Positions 1-9,209 of a stretch of DNA of 29,594 nucleotides are shown piece after piece (positions within the stretch are counted from its first letter, which is position 1; the number at the start of each line of letters is the position of its first letter). The notes beneath the pieces were generated by a model. It was not told the DNA's origin. It did not search any database and saw nothing but the letters and a program-made list of their open reading frames with translations. The stretch covers positions 1 to 29,594 of IMG/VR virus record IMGVR_UViG_3300031991_000114. One strand, 5' to 3'. The DNA is from a virus. Lineage: Duplodnaviria > Caudoviricetes. The position numbers were made by a program, and so were the translations under genes.

Positions 1-1092
1 ATGGACCACGGGGTGTTGGTTGATGTCGTTTATGGCGGCGAGGATGCGGTCCGCGAGCTCTTGCTTGGAGGCGACGCGGATGTGGCGCAGCACCGAGCGC
101 GCGACCCCCGGGCCTGACCCGGGGGCAGGCGCCATGCTTGGGGGTGAAGACGAGCTCGAAGCGGTCCGGCCTTGTCTCGAGCCAGGCTCGTGTCTCCTTC
201 GACGTGTGGGCGAAATGATTGTCGAGGATCACCCTGATCACGGTGCACGGCGGATAGGCCGCGTCGAGGAGCTTCGGGAACTCGATGAACTCACGGGAGC
301 GATGGCGATCCTCGACGCGCGCATGGATCGTGCCGGTCAAATGATCGATCCCGGCCAAGAGGCTCAGCGTGCCGTGGCGCAGGTCCTCGTGGTCGCGCGC
401 GAAGGTCGCGTGAGCGCCGGGTCTTGGCGGCAGGCCCGGCGCCGTGGTGCCGATCGCCTGGATGCCGGGTTTCTCGTCGTCGGAGACGATCGCCACAGCC
501 CCGCCCGGCGCGGCCTCCGCGGCTTCCTTCAGGATCTCGACCTCCTTGTGGACGCGCAGGATTTCCGCCGACTTGGCGTCGAAGCCGGGATCGCGGCGCT
601 CGAGGTAGGTGCGGATCTTGTGCGGCTTCACCGCCTGCGCGTCGCGGATCTTGCAGACCGTGCCCTGAGCGAGCTTGGCGAGACAGGCGTGCGCGGCGTG
701 GGTCCGTGCTCGCGCGCAGGGCTCGCCAGGAGCCGCGTCGTTTACAGCTCGTGGGGATAGCCGAGGTCCTTGGCTTTCCGGCAGGCGAGCGCCACCAGCC
801 AAACCTTGGCCTCGGGCGTGATCGTCGAAGCCTTGCCCGATCGCGCGCTGTTGTGGAACGCTGCCAGAGGCCCTTGCGCGATCGCCCGCTCGACGCAGAG
901 CTGCACGGTCTGATGATGCACGCCGAGCGCCCGTCCCACCGCGAAGAACGACGGGTTGTCGCGATAGGCGAGCAACATCCGCGCGCGATCGACCCGGGCC
1001 GCCGGTTCCGTGCGCGATCGCGCGATTGCCGAAAGCTGCGTCACATCCTCGTCTCGAAGAACCAACTCGACCTCGAGCCGCGGTGCTGCCAT
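1..1092 (-). pseudogene. IS630 transposase pseudogene
   Basis: ATG at 1092 (MAAPRLEVEL...HTH region...KDLGYPHEL). Premature TAA at 742-744 where W of YPHELWTTRLL is expected, and a frameshift near 690-700. Then DEKPGIQA, ILDNH, FTPKHG and ARSVLRHIRV motifs; the SWLNxxE segment with the third catalytic residue is missing. Confidence 0.9.
103..130. repeat. Small GC-rich palindrome (REP-like)
   Basis: CCCCCGGG (105-112), loop CCTGA, CCCGGGGG (118-125): perfect 8-bp stem inside the transposase remnant. Confidence 0.6.
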
Positions 1093-1259
1093 GATGCAAA
1101 GCCTCGTTTCGCGAATCACTCGCGCCCAAGGCCGCACCACGGCACCACCAAGGAGAATCCGACCCATATGATAGGTTTCATGGAATCGCTGTCCCAGGTC
1201 GCAGCGTGCCCGATCGAGAGCCTCCGCGACATCGAACCTCCGAAATGCCGGCGCACGAT

Positions 1260-1333
1260 GTACGATCACACCGTTCCGCGTGACCGCGATCGATTGACTT
1301 GCAACGGCTCGCGAGTGCAATATGTGCGCGTTG
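1260..1333 (+). promoter_or_regulatory. Upstream repeat unit 1 (promoter/operator-like)
   Basis: GTACGATC-N28-GACTTGCAAC-ggcTcGCgaGtGCAaTATgtGcGCGTTG; TTGACT at 1294. Confidence 0.6.
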
Positions 1334-1525
1334 CAGGGGCGACCTCTCTCGTGCGGACCGTGGTCCTGCTCGCTCCGCTCCGCAGCCGAGCTGCTGACGT
1401 ATTCCGCCGGGTCCTCGTCGCATGTAGAGCGCGGGGATCCCGAGCCGCCTCGCGTGCCACAGACGACATTGCGCTCGGACGACCTTCGAGCCCGCTCCAA
1501 GGCACCGTGCGGAAAAGTCCAGCAT

Positions 1526-1599
1526 GTATGATCATTCGCCGTCGCGCTTTCGGCGCGCGTCGACTTGCAACATATTGCACGCGCAATATGTGCGCGTTG
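1526..1599 (+). promoter_or_regulatory. Upstream repeat unit 2
   Basis: GTATGATC-N28-GACTTGCAAC-ataTtGCacGcGCAaTATgtGcGCGTTG; contains the palindrome ACATATTGC-N4-GCAATATGT. Confidence 0.6.
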
Positions 1600-1834
1600 C
1601 AAGTGCGCCCCCTCATATTGCCGGCCGCGACGCGGCCCGAGGAGGCACGTGACCCCGCTCCCGTTGTCCGTGGGGGCATCGCGCCATCGACGCGAGCTTG
1701 TGGCCAAGGAACAGGTTGGGCCCGACCACAAAAGCCGCTGCGCCCGCTGCGCCCGCTCGAACGAATGGGCATCGATGCGTTCGAGCTACCTCGTGGCATC
1801 ATTGCGCAAGTGCAGTGCTCGTAGCGTAGGACCG

Positions 1835-1908
1835 GTAAGATCGCGCGGATACGAGGTCCGCCAGCGTGTTGACTTGCAACAGGTTGCGTGCGCATTATAC
1901 GTGCGTTG
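1835..1908 (+). promoter_or_regulatory. Upstream repeat unit 3
   Basis: GTAAGATC-N28-GACTTGCAAC-aggTtGCgtGcGCAtTATacGtGCGTTG; TTGACT at 1869; ends ~115 bp before the terminase ATG. Confidence 0.6.
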
Positions 1909-2022
1909 ACCGGGCGACACGTGTGCCTGGCGGTCATCGGGCTGTCGATCCGACGCGGCAATATGTTGCGCCGAGCCCGCGGGTTCGGCACGTTTCAAAA
2001 CCGAACACTCGCGGGATCGTGC

Positions 2023-3333
2023 ATGGTGAAATTCAGCGCCGGCCAGGAGGCGGCTCTTCGCCTCCTGGAAGGATCGCGGCGTTATACGTGCCTTGCAGGC
2101 GGTACGAGATCCGGTAAGACGTTCCTCATCGTCCGCGCAATCGTCGCGCGCGCGCTCGAGGCCGACGGATCGCGCCATGCCATCCTACGGTTCCATGCCA
2201 ATGCCGCGCGTGCCTCGATCGCGCTCGACACCTTGCCACGTGTCATGCAGCTCTGCTTTCCGCAAGCGGTCCTCAAGGAGCACCGCCAGGACGCCTATTT
2301 CTCCCTACCGAACGGGTCGCGCATCTGGATCGGAGGCCTCGACGACAAGGACCGGGTGGAAAAAATCCTGGGGCTCGAATATGCGAGCATCTTCCTCAAC
2401 GAGGCCTCGCAAATACCATACTCGTCGGCCCTGGTCGCCTTCACGCGGTTGGCCCAAGTCGTGCCGCCGATCGACCAGAAGGCCTTCGTGGATCTCAACC
2501 CGGTCGGCAAGACGCACTGGACCCATGTACTCTTCCGCGACAAGCGCGACCCGGTGTCGCGGCAGCTGTTGAAGGATCCCGAGAGCTACGAGCTCGCGTT
2601 CCTGAATCCGACCGACAACGCAGTGAACCTGTCGAGGGAATTCCTGCGCAGCCTGGAGAACCTGCCGGAAAAGCAACGCAAGCGCTTCTACGAAGGCACC
2701 TACGTAGAGGAAGTCGATGGCGCGTTGTGGAGCTACGACGTCATCGACAAGGCTCGATGTGCGCCGGAGGATATTCCCGAGGAACGGCGCGATGCGGTTG
2801 TGGTCGGGCTCGATCCATCCGGCGCCGCGGGCCGGGATGATCTCGCTGCCGACGAGATCGGGATCATCGTGGCGGCACGGGGGACCGATGGCGATTGCTA
2901 CATCCTCTCGGATCGTTCCTGCCGCGAGGCGCCTGCGGTATGGGGCAGGCGAGCGGTTGTCGCGTTCCACGAGTTTCGGGCCGATTGCATTGTCGCCGAG
3001 AGCAATTTCGGCGGCGAGATGGTCCGCGCGACGATCGAGGCGGCCGACCGCGACGTCCCGGTGCGCCTCGTGACGGCGAGCCGCGGCAAGGCGGTACGCG
3101 CCGAGCCGATCTCGGTGCGCTATGCGCAAGGCCGGGTTCATCATGTCGGTAGGCTGGCCAAGCTCGAGGACCAGCTTTGCGCGTTTTCCGCCGGCGGCTA
3201 TGCGGGAGCCGGCAGTCCCGACCATGCGGATGCCGCCATCTGGGCCTTGACCTACCTGTTCGGGGCGGACGACGGGACCGGCATCATCGAATTCTACCGG
3301 CGCGCGGCGCAGGCGCTCGGCAAGGCCCCATAG
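2023..3333 (+). CDS. terL: Terminase large subunit (436 aa)
   Basis: Walker A GGTRSGKT, Walker B region GLEYASIFLNEA, motif III DLNP, nuclease VVGLDPS and SPDHADA. Start chosen at ATG 2023 rather than 1888. Confidence 0.95.
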   Translation: MVKFSAGQEAALRLLEGSRRYTCLAGGTRSGKTFLIVRAIVARALEADGSRHAILRFHANAARASIALDTLPRVMQLCFPQAVLKEHRQDAYFSLPNGSRIWIGGLDDKDRVEKILGLEYASIFLNEASQIPYSSALVAFTRLAQVVPPIDQKAFVDLNPVGKTHWTHVLFRDKRDPVSRQLLKDPESYELAFLNPTDNAVNLSREFLRSLENLPEKQRKRFYEGTYVEEVDGALWSYDVIDKARCAPEDIPEERRDAVVVGLDPSGAAGRDDLAADEIGIIVAARGTDGDCYILSDRSCREAPAVWGRRAVVAFHEFRADCIVAESNFGGEMVRATIEAADRDVPVRLVTASRGKAVRAEPISVRYAQGRVHHVGRLAKLEDQLCAFSAGGYAGAGSPDHADAAIWALTYLFGADDGTGIIEFYRRAAQALGKAP

Positions 3334-3399
3334 GCGTTGCCGGGCAGGCTGGCCGAGCCCCGCCCCGACCCCCGATCGTCGAGAAACGAAGGAATCCTT

Positions 3400-4755
3400 A
3401 TGGCCGAGCGTGGCGCGGGGCAGCGAAGCTGGTCGCTGAGCCCTTACGAGGTCAATGTCAGCTTCGCCGCCACAACAAGAGCCGGCGAGACCTCTGGCTG
3501 GTTCGGCCCAGCGGCCCCGATGACACCGCTCGCGCCGCCGGAGATCGCGGGACGCCAATGGGATTTTCCCGCCGGCTATAATCTTTCGACCCTGTCGAGA
3601 CCCTACGAGCCCGTCACCTTCGCGACCTTGCGTGCGCTGGCCGACGGCTACGACCTGCTTCGGCTCGTCATCGAGACGCGCAAGGACCAGGTTGCGAGAC
3701 ATGCGTGGACCATCAACCTACGGGACGGAGCCCTTTCGTCGCCATCCGATCGGGACCGGATCGCGGTGGCGAAGCGATTCCTGGCTCGGCCGGATGGGGT
3801 CCATGACTTTGCCGACTGGCTGAGGATCCTGCTCGAGGAGGTCTTCGTGACCGACGCCCCGGCTCTCTACATGAGCCGCGATCGCAGCGGTCGCCTCAGA
3901 GCCTTGATGCCGCTCGACGGCGCGACGATCAAGCCGATCCTCGACTCGTGGGGGCGTACACCGCAACCCTATGTGGAAAACGGAGCGATCACCTATCCCC
4001 CCGCATATCAGCAGATTCTGAAAGGCTATCCCGCGATCGACTACTCGATCCACGACTTGATCTACCGACCGCGCAACCTGCGCGTCAACCGGGCCTATGG
4101 CTTCAGCCCGGTGGAGCAAATCGTCACGACCGTCAACATCGCGTTGCGGCGGCAGATGTTCCTGCTCGACTATTTCACCGAGGGCAACATTCCGGACAGC
4201 CTCATCGGCGTACCCGAGAGCTGGACACCGGATCAGATCGCGTCGTACCAGAAGTACTGGGACGCCTACTTCGATGGAGACCAAGGTCGTCGTCGACGGG
4301 CGAAGTTCGTTCCCGGTGGAGTCGCGAAGACATTCGTCCAGACCTCCGAGCCCGAGCTCAAGGGCGCTTTCGACGAGTGGCTGGCGCGCATCGTCTGCTT
4401 CGCTCTTTCGATCTCGCCGCAAGCGCTTACCCAAACCATGAATCGAGCGACCGCGGAGACGCAGAAGGATCTCTCGGAGGAGGAGGGGCTGGCTCCGATC
4501 CTCGGTTGGGTGAAGCGCCTCGTCGACGACATCCTCGCCACCGAGCTCGACGGAACCGATCTCGAATTCTGCTGGTGCACCAACAACCAGATCGATCCTG
4601 CCATCCAAGAGCAGATCCTGTCGAGCTACACATCGAGCGGCATCCTCACCATCAACGAGGCGCGTGCCACCCTCGGCAGAGCGCCGTTTCCCGAGCCGTC
4701 CGCCGACCGGCCGATGACCCTCGCGACCTCGGGCTACGTTGCGCTCCCCGAATAG
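3400..4755 (+). CDS. Phage portal protein (451 aa)
   Basis: Follows terL; portal-type motifs LMPLDGATIKP, YGFSPVEQI, YFTEGNIP, GILTINEARATLG; AAGGA RBS before ATG 3400. Confidence 0.93.
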   Translation: MAERGAGQRSWSLSPYEVNVSFAATTRAGETSGWFGPAAPMTPLAPPEIAGRQWDFPAGYNLSTLSRPYEPVTFATLRALADGYDLLRLVIETRKDQVARHAWTINLRDGALSSPSDRDRIAVAKRFLARPDGVHDFADWLRILLEEVFVTDAPALYMSRDRSGRLRALMPLDGATIKPILDSWGRTPQPYVENGAITYPPAYQQILKGYPAIDYSIHDLIYRPRNLRVNRAYGFSPVEQIVTTVNIALRRQMFLLDYFTEGNIPDSLIGVPESWTPDQIASYQKYWDAYFDGDQGRRRRAKFVPGGVAKTFVQTSEPELKGAFDEWLARIVCFALSISPQALTQTMNRATAETQKDLSEEEGLAPILGWVKRLVDDILATELDGTDLEFCWCTNNQIDPAIQEQILSSYTSSGILTINEARATLGRAPFPEPSADRPMTLATSGYVALPE

Positions 4756-5009
4756 CGATGCCGTCGGACTCGTAACCGCGATGGTCGGCCTCCTCCACGG
4801 CCACCTCACCGTGTTACCGGCAGTGCTCCGAGACGGTCACCGAGGCGACTGGAGCATCGCGACGAGCGGCAGCGAGACCGTCCACCGTGACGCAATGACC
4901 TAGCAATGCGCAAGGAGCGGTTCGTCGCGAGATGGACGCTTTCCGGATACGCCGACGTCCCCGAAGCACCAGCGGCCGCCGATGGGCGGTCTCCTTGTTG
5001 GAGATACGG

Positions 5010-6134
5010 ATGGCTGACCTGTCCCTGTTCATCCCGATCACCAAGGTCGACGCGACGCAGCACCTCGTCTATGGTGTCGCAACCGCGGAGGTCGAGGACC
5101 GAGCCGGCGAAATATGCGACTACGCCTCGACAAAACAACACTACGAACGGTGGTCGGACGAGATTGCGCAATCCACCGGCGGCAAGTCACTCGGAAACCT
5201 GCGCGCGATGCACGGCCCTGTCGCGGCGGGCAAGGTGACGGCGATCACCTTCAACGACGAGGCGAGGCAGATCGAGATCTGCGCCAAGGTCGTGGACGAA
5301 GCCGAGTGGATCAAGGTCACCGAGGGGGTCTACACCGGATTTTCGCAGGGCGGCACCTACGAGCGGAGGTGGACCGACGAGGCAGGCCTGACACGCTACA
5401 CCGCAGTACCGAGCGAAATCTCCCTCGTCGATCTGCCGTGCCTACCGCAGGCTCGCTTCGAGATGATCAAAGCGGACGGAACCCACGAGCTGCGTGGCTT
5501 CGAGCCGCGTTCGAGCATTGTCGCGAGGCTCGACGGCCTCGCGCAGAACCTGGGTTGGCTCGCGAGCCTTTCGCCAGACGATCTACACGACCTGCCGGGG
5601 CTCGCGGCAGAGATCACCGAGCTCCACGCTCTATCCGCCCGGCTGGCGACCGTCTTGGGCTCGGTCGAGTCCTCGGGGAAAGACCCGCACGAACACCACC
5701 CGCGGGGCTCACGGAGGGCCGCCGCGAGCAACGATCAAGACCGCACGGCTCCAAGCGCCAGGGCCCTACGCCATGTCGATCAGGGCTATGAGGACCGGGA
5801 GGACCGCCGAATCCGCGTGCGCAAAGACCTCGACACGCCGGTCCGGCTCGACGCTCTGCCGCCCGCCACCAAGGCGATGCAGTGGGATGTCGAGAAACGC
5901 TTCGACACCCTGGGGGCCTTGCTCGCGGATATCCTCCAGCGCGTCAAGAACATCGAGCAGCAGCCTCTACCGCTCCCGCTTTCCGGACGGCACCAGGTTG
6001 TCGCAAAGCACGAGGACGGCGATGCCGACCGACATCATTCGGCGGTAATCGATACCTTGCTCGCGGATCCCGAGGCGCTTTCGATCCTCGCCATAAGGCT
6101 CGCGCAACGAAACGGCCGCGCACCGCTCCGATAG
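5010..6134 (+). CDS. Prohead protease with C-terminal scaffold-like region (374 aa)
   Basis: Between portal and capsid; VYGVATAE-DRAGE, NLRAMH, YTGFSQGG, EISLVDLPC motifs; helical C-terminal half; GGAG RBS. Confidence 0.8.
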   Translation: MADLSLFIPITKVDATQHLVYGVATAEVEDRAGEICDYASTKQHYERWSDEIAQSTGGKSLGNLRAMHGPVAAGKVTAITFNDEARQIEICAKVVDEAEWIKVTEGVYTGFSQGGTYERRWTDEAGLTRYTAVPSEISLVDLPCLPQARFEMIKADGTHELRGFEPRSSIVARLDGLAQNLGWLASLSPDDLHDLPGLAAEITELHALSARLATVLGSVESSGKDPHEHHPRGSRRAAASNDQDRTAPSARALRHVDQGYEDREDRRIRVRKDLDTPVRLDALPPATKAMQWDVEKRFDTLGALLADILQRVKNIEQQPLPLPLSGRHQVVAKHEDGDADRHHSAVIDTLLADPEALSILAIRLAQRNGRAPLR

Positions 6135-6310
6135 GCATCTCGCCTCGTGTCGCTTTGCCGAGCCACAAGCCGAGTCCCTGTCTCAGGGACCCGGTCGTCA
6201 CGCACGACCGAGCCTTTGCGACCAGCCGCACGACCGACAATCCGCAACCGAGCCGTCCTATAATGGGCGCCCACAATCAGCCGGCCATCCGCTGCCACTA
6301 GGAGCAAGAC

Positions 6311-7828
6311 ATGACAATCCACACCGATGTTCAGGATATTCTGGACAGGCTGAAGGCCGCGCAGCGGAGGCCCCTCGGCGACCCGAGGTTCAAGGATCTC
6401 GCGCCCCTCGGCAAATCGACATTCGGGCAGAGCTCGAGTGCCACCTCGGGGCTGACGTTCTACGACCTCGAGCTCGGTGCGAAGTTCCTTTATCCGGTGC
6501 TGACGCCCCTGCGGAACATGATTCCACGGGTATCCGGGAAAGGTGGCATCCAGGCAGCCTGGCGGGCAATCACCGCGATCAATACCACAGGCCTGCGATT
6601 TGGTGTCTCGTCCGCCAATCGTGGCGGCGTGCTGGCCCTCGCGACGCAGGACTATACGGCCACATACAAGGGAATCGGTGTCGAGACGAATGTCGATTTC
6701 GAGGCACAATATGCCGGGCAGGAATTCGACGACATTCGCGCGATCGGTGCCAAGGCCGGCCTTGAGGCATTGATGCTGGGCGAGGAAGCCATGATCCTCG
6801 GAGGCAATACCTCCATTGCGCTCGGGACCACTCCGACCCCCACGGCCGCTGCCTTGACCACAGGCGGCACGCTCGCGGCTCAAACCTGGTCGGTCATCTG
6901 TGCCGCGCTGACCCTCGATGGCTTGATGAACGGCAGCATCACGTCGGGCGTGCAAGGCTCGATTACCCGCACGAACGCCGATGGCACGAGCGACACCTTC
7001 GGTGGCGGTGTCGCTCGAAAGAGCGCGAACGGGACGGTTGCGACGACCGGCACGACTGGTTCGATCACCGCGACCGTCGTTCCTGTATCTGGAGCCGTGG
7101 GCTACGCATGGTTCTGGGGTGCCGCCGGCGCCGAGGTGGTCGGTGCAATAACCACAATCAACTCTGTCGTGATCACGGCAACCGCGACCGGGACCCAAAC
7201 GGCCGCGTCGCTCGGATCCAATGACAACTCAATCAATACCCTGGCCTTCGACGGGCTCGTGTATCAAGCGGTCAAAGCGGGCTCGGGCGCCTATGTGCTG
7301 TCGATGGCCACCGGGGTAGCGGGGACCGGCACGCCGTTGTCAGCCGACGGATCCGGAGGCGTCGTCGAGATCGACCTCGTCCTGCGATCGATGTGGGACA
7401 ATTACCGGTTGTCGCCGGACACGATGTGGGTAAGCTCGCAAGAAGCGATGAACATCTCGAAAAAGATCATGATGGGGTCGACCAACTCGGCGCAGCGTTT
7501 CGTGTTCGAAGCGGCCCAGGACATGGTCGGCGGTGGAATCATGGTCCGCACTTATCTGAACCGTTACTCGATGCAGGGCGGCAGCGCGGTCGACGTCAGG
7601 GTACATCCGAACATGCCCGCCGGTACGATCCTGTTCACGACCAAGACGCTGCCCTATCCACTTGCCGGGGTCGGTAATGTCGTCCAAATCCGCACCAGGC
7701 AGGATTACTATCAGATCGAATGGCCGCTTCGGACGCGGAAATACGAGTATGGCGTCTATGCCGACGAGGTTTTGCAGAATTACTTTCCCCCCTCGATGGC
7801 ATTGATTACCAATATCGGGAATGGGTGA
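6311..7828 (+). CDS. Major capsid protein with large internal insertion (505 aa)
   Basis: Position after protease; AGGAG RBS; HK97-fold-like segments (TPLRNMIPRV, EEAMILGGN...FDGL, VHPNMPAGTILF). Confidence 0.85.
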   Translation: MTIHTDVQDILDRLKAAQRRPLGDPRFKDLAPLGKSTFGQSSSATSGLTFYDLELGAKFLYPVLTPLRNMIPRVSGKGGIQAAWRAITAINTTGLRFGVSSANRGGVLALATQDYTATYKGIGVETNVDFEAQYAGQEFDDIRAIGAKAGLEALMLGEEAMILGGNTSIALGTTPTPTAAALTTGGTLAAQTWSVICAALTLDGLMNGSITSGVQGSITRTNADGTSDTFGGGVARKSANGTVATTGTTGSITATVVPVSGAVGYAWFWGAAGAEVVGAITTINSVVITATATGTQTAASLGSNDNSINTLAFDGLVYQAVKAGSGAYVLSMATGVAGTGTPLSADGSGGVVEIDLVLRSMWDNYRLSPDTMWVSSQEAMNISKKIMMGSTNSAQRFVFEAAQDMVGGGIMVRTYLNRYSMQGGSAVDVRVHPNMPAGTILFTTKTLPYPLAGVGNVVQIRTRQDYYQIEWPLRTRKYEYGVYADEVLQNYFPPSMALITNIGNG

Positions 7829-7912
7829 CCTCGGCAATGGAGCCGTGCGCTCGTTCGTGGTGTCGCTATACCGGCAATGCCCGAAGCCGAAGGGAACACG
7901 AGGAGGGGGGTG

Positions 7913-8239
7913 ATGAAGCTTCGTGTTCCGTGCGGGTGCAGGTCTGTCTCCTACGATGGCGATCAGCTATCGATCGACAGCGACGGCTCGATCGAGGCGG
8001 ACGAGACAGCCGCAGGCATACTTGTCGCCCACGGCTTCGTGGCGGTGCCGTCATCGATCACGGTCACGGATCACGACGCCGCCGGCAGGGACGAGGTCGC
8101 CACGCTCGATCGGCGAGGACTCTTTTCCCTTCTGAGGTCGCGAGGTGTGTCGGTGTCATTGCCGATCACCAACGCGGAGTTGCGTGCAGCTGCACGCAAG
8201 GCACTCGCAGGGTCAGCGTCATCGATTCCGCTGCGATGA
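7913..8239 (+). CDS. Small post-capsid protein with C-terminal helix-extension-helix-like tail (108 aa)
   Basis: Strong GAGGAGG RBS before ATG 7913; C-terminus LDRRGLFSLLRSRGV...NAELRAAARKAL resembles HeH/Rho-N modules. Confidence 0.7.
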   Translation: MKLRVPCGCRSVSYDGDQLSIDSDGSIEADETAAGILVAHGFVAVPSSITVTDHDAAGRDEVATLDRRGLFSLLRSRGVSVSLPITNAELRAAARKALAGSASSIPLR

Positions 8240-8387
8240 TTCGCGAGACCTGCGACACGTAGAATGGCCCGGCCTGCTTCCACCACGCGCCCAGCGATGT
8301 CGGGCGGCATGGCGGTACAGCGAAAGGTCGCGACAGCGGCGAGCTCCGTGCCCCACGCGGTGCGCACTGAAATAGGAAGGACTCATC

Positions 8388-9209
8388 ATGGGATCACCTC
8401 ACGATCTTGCGCGCCTTCCGGATCTCGCGACTTGGCTCGGCGTCTCCGCGGGAGACGATGATGCCGTGCTCGAGAGCCTCATCGCTCGAACCAGCCGCGC
8501 GATACTCGGCTATCTCGTTCGGCCGTCGGTCCTTCCGGACGTGTATAGTGACATCTTCGATGGCGGGAACCAAACATCAATCTGCTTGCGACAATGGCCC
8601 GTGACCTCGGTTGTGTCTTGTACCATGAATGGTGTGCCGGTTCCGGCGGCGATCGGCTCGGGTGGAAGCATGGCCATGGGCTATGCCGTCGATACGGCCG
8701 AGCCCTATCCACCGGGTCGGATGCAGAGGATTTCGCTACGTGGCGGCACGTTTGCGTCCGGCGTGCAAAATATCGCGATCACCTATCATGCGGGCTATCA
8801 GATCGCCAATGAAGCCGGGACCGTACCGCTCGCGGCACCCTTCTCGGTGACTGTACGAGCGCCGCACGGCAACTTTGCGAGCGATGCCGCGGTCACTGAC
8901 ACGAGCGGAAGCCCATGGATCAAGGTCGCGAGCAATCCGGGGCCGGGGCAATATGCCTGCGACGACGGAGTGTATACATTCCCAGCGGCAGCCGCCGGCA
9001 CATCCGTGCAGATTTCCTACGGCTATGTGCCCGGCGAGCTTGCTCGGTGCTGCATCGAATGGGCGGCTGATCAGTACCAATATCGAACGCGGATCGGCCA
9101 GCATGCGAAATCGTTGGGCGGCCAGGAAAGCATATCGTTTATCGTGAAGGACATACCAGATTTTGTCCGGACCGTCCTGCAACCCTACCGACGGGTGGTC
9201 ACGCCGTGA
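8388..9209 (+). CDS. Head-tail connector/adaptor with inserted beta domain (273 aa)
   Basis: gp6-like N-terminus (DLARLPDLATWL...DDAVLESLI), ITYHAGY, C-terminal VRTVLQPYRR; AGGA RBS. Confidence 0.8.
   Translation: MGSPHDLARLPDLATWLGVSAGDDDAVLESLIARTSRAILGYLVRPSVLPDVYSDIFDGGNQTSICLRQWPVTSVVSCTMNGVPVPAAIGSGGSMAMGYAVDTAEPYPPGRMQRISLRGGTFASGVQNIAITYHAGYQIANEAGTVPLAAPFSVTVRAPHGNFASDAAVTDTSGSPWIKVASNPGPGQYACDDGVYTFPAAAAGTSVQISYGYVPGELARCCIEWAADQYQYRTRIGQHAKSLGGQESISFIVKDIPDFVRTVLQPYRRVVTP

Larger units (their letters stand above)
1..1195 (-). mobile_element. Decayed IS630-family insertion sequence; runs off the left edge of the window
   Basis: Transposase remnant on the minus strand. The sequence at ~1163-1197 (revcomp CTGGGACAGCGATTCCATGAAACCTATCATATGGG) resembles an IS630 end as I recall it; the partner end lies outside the window, so the boundary is approximate. 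Confidence 0.8.

Noticed and set aside
1734-1757. CCGCTGCGC short tandem repeat
   Set aside because: About 2.5 copies of a GC-rich 9-mer; unremarkable.
20-1824. Long plus-strand ORFs 20-760 and 424-1824, and the 742-1731 upstream extension
   Set aside because: Antisense shadows of the IS630 gene or run-through of repeat DNA in GC-rich sequence; no recognisable motifs.
1260-1908. Upstream repeats as a CRISPR array
   Set aside because: Only three degenerate units, ~190-235 bp between them, and no cas genes.
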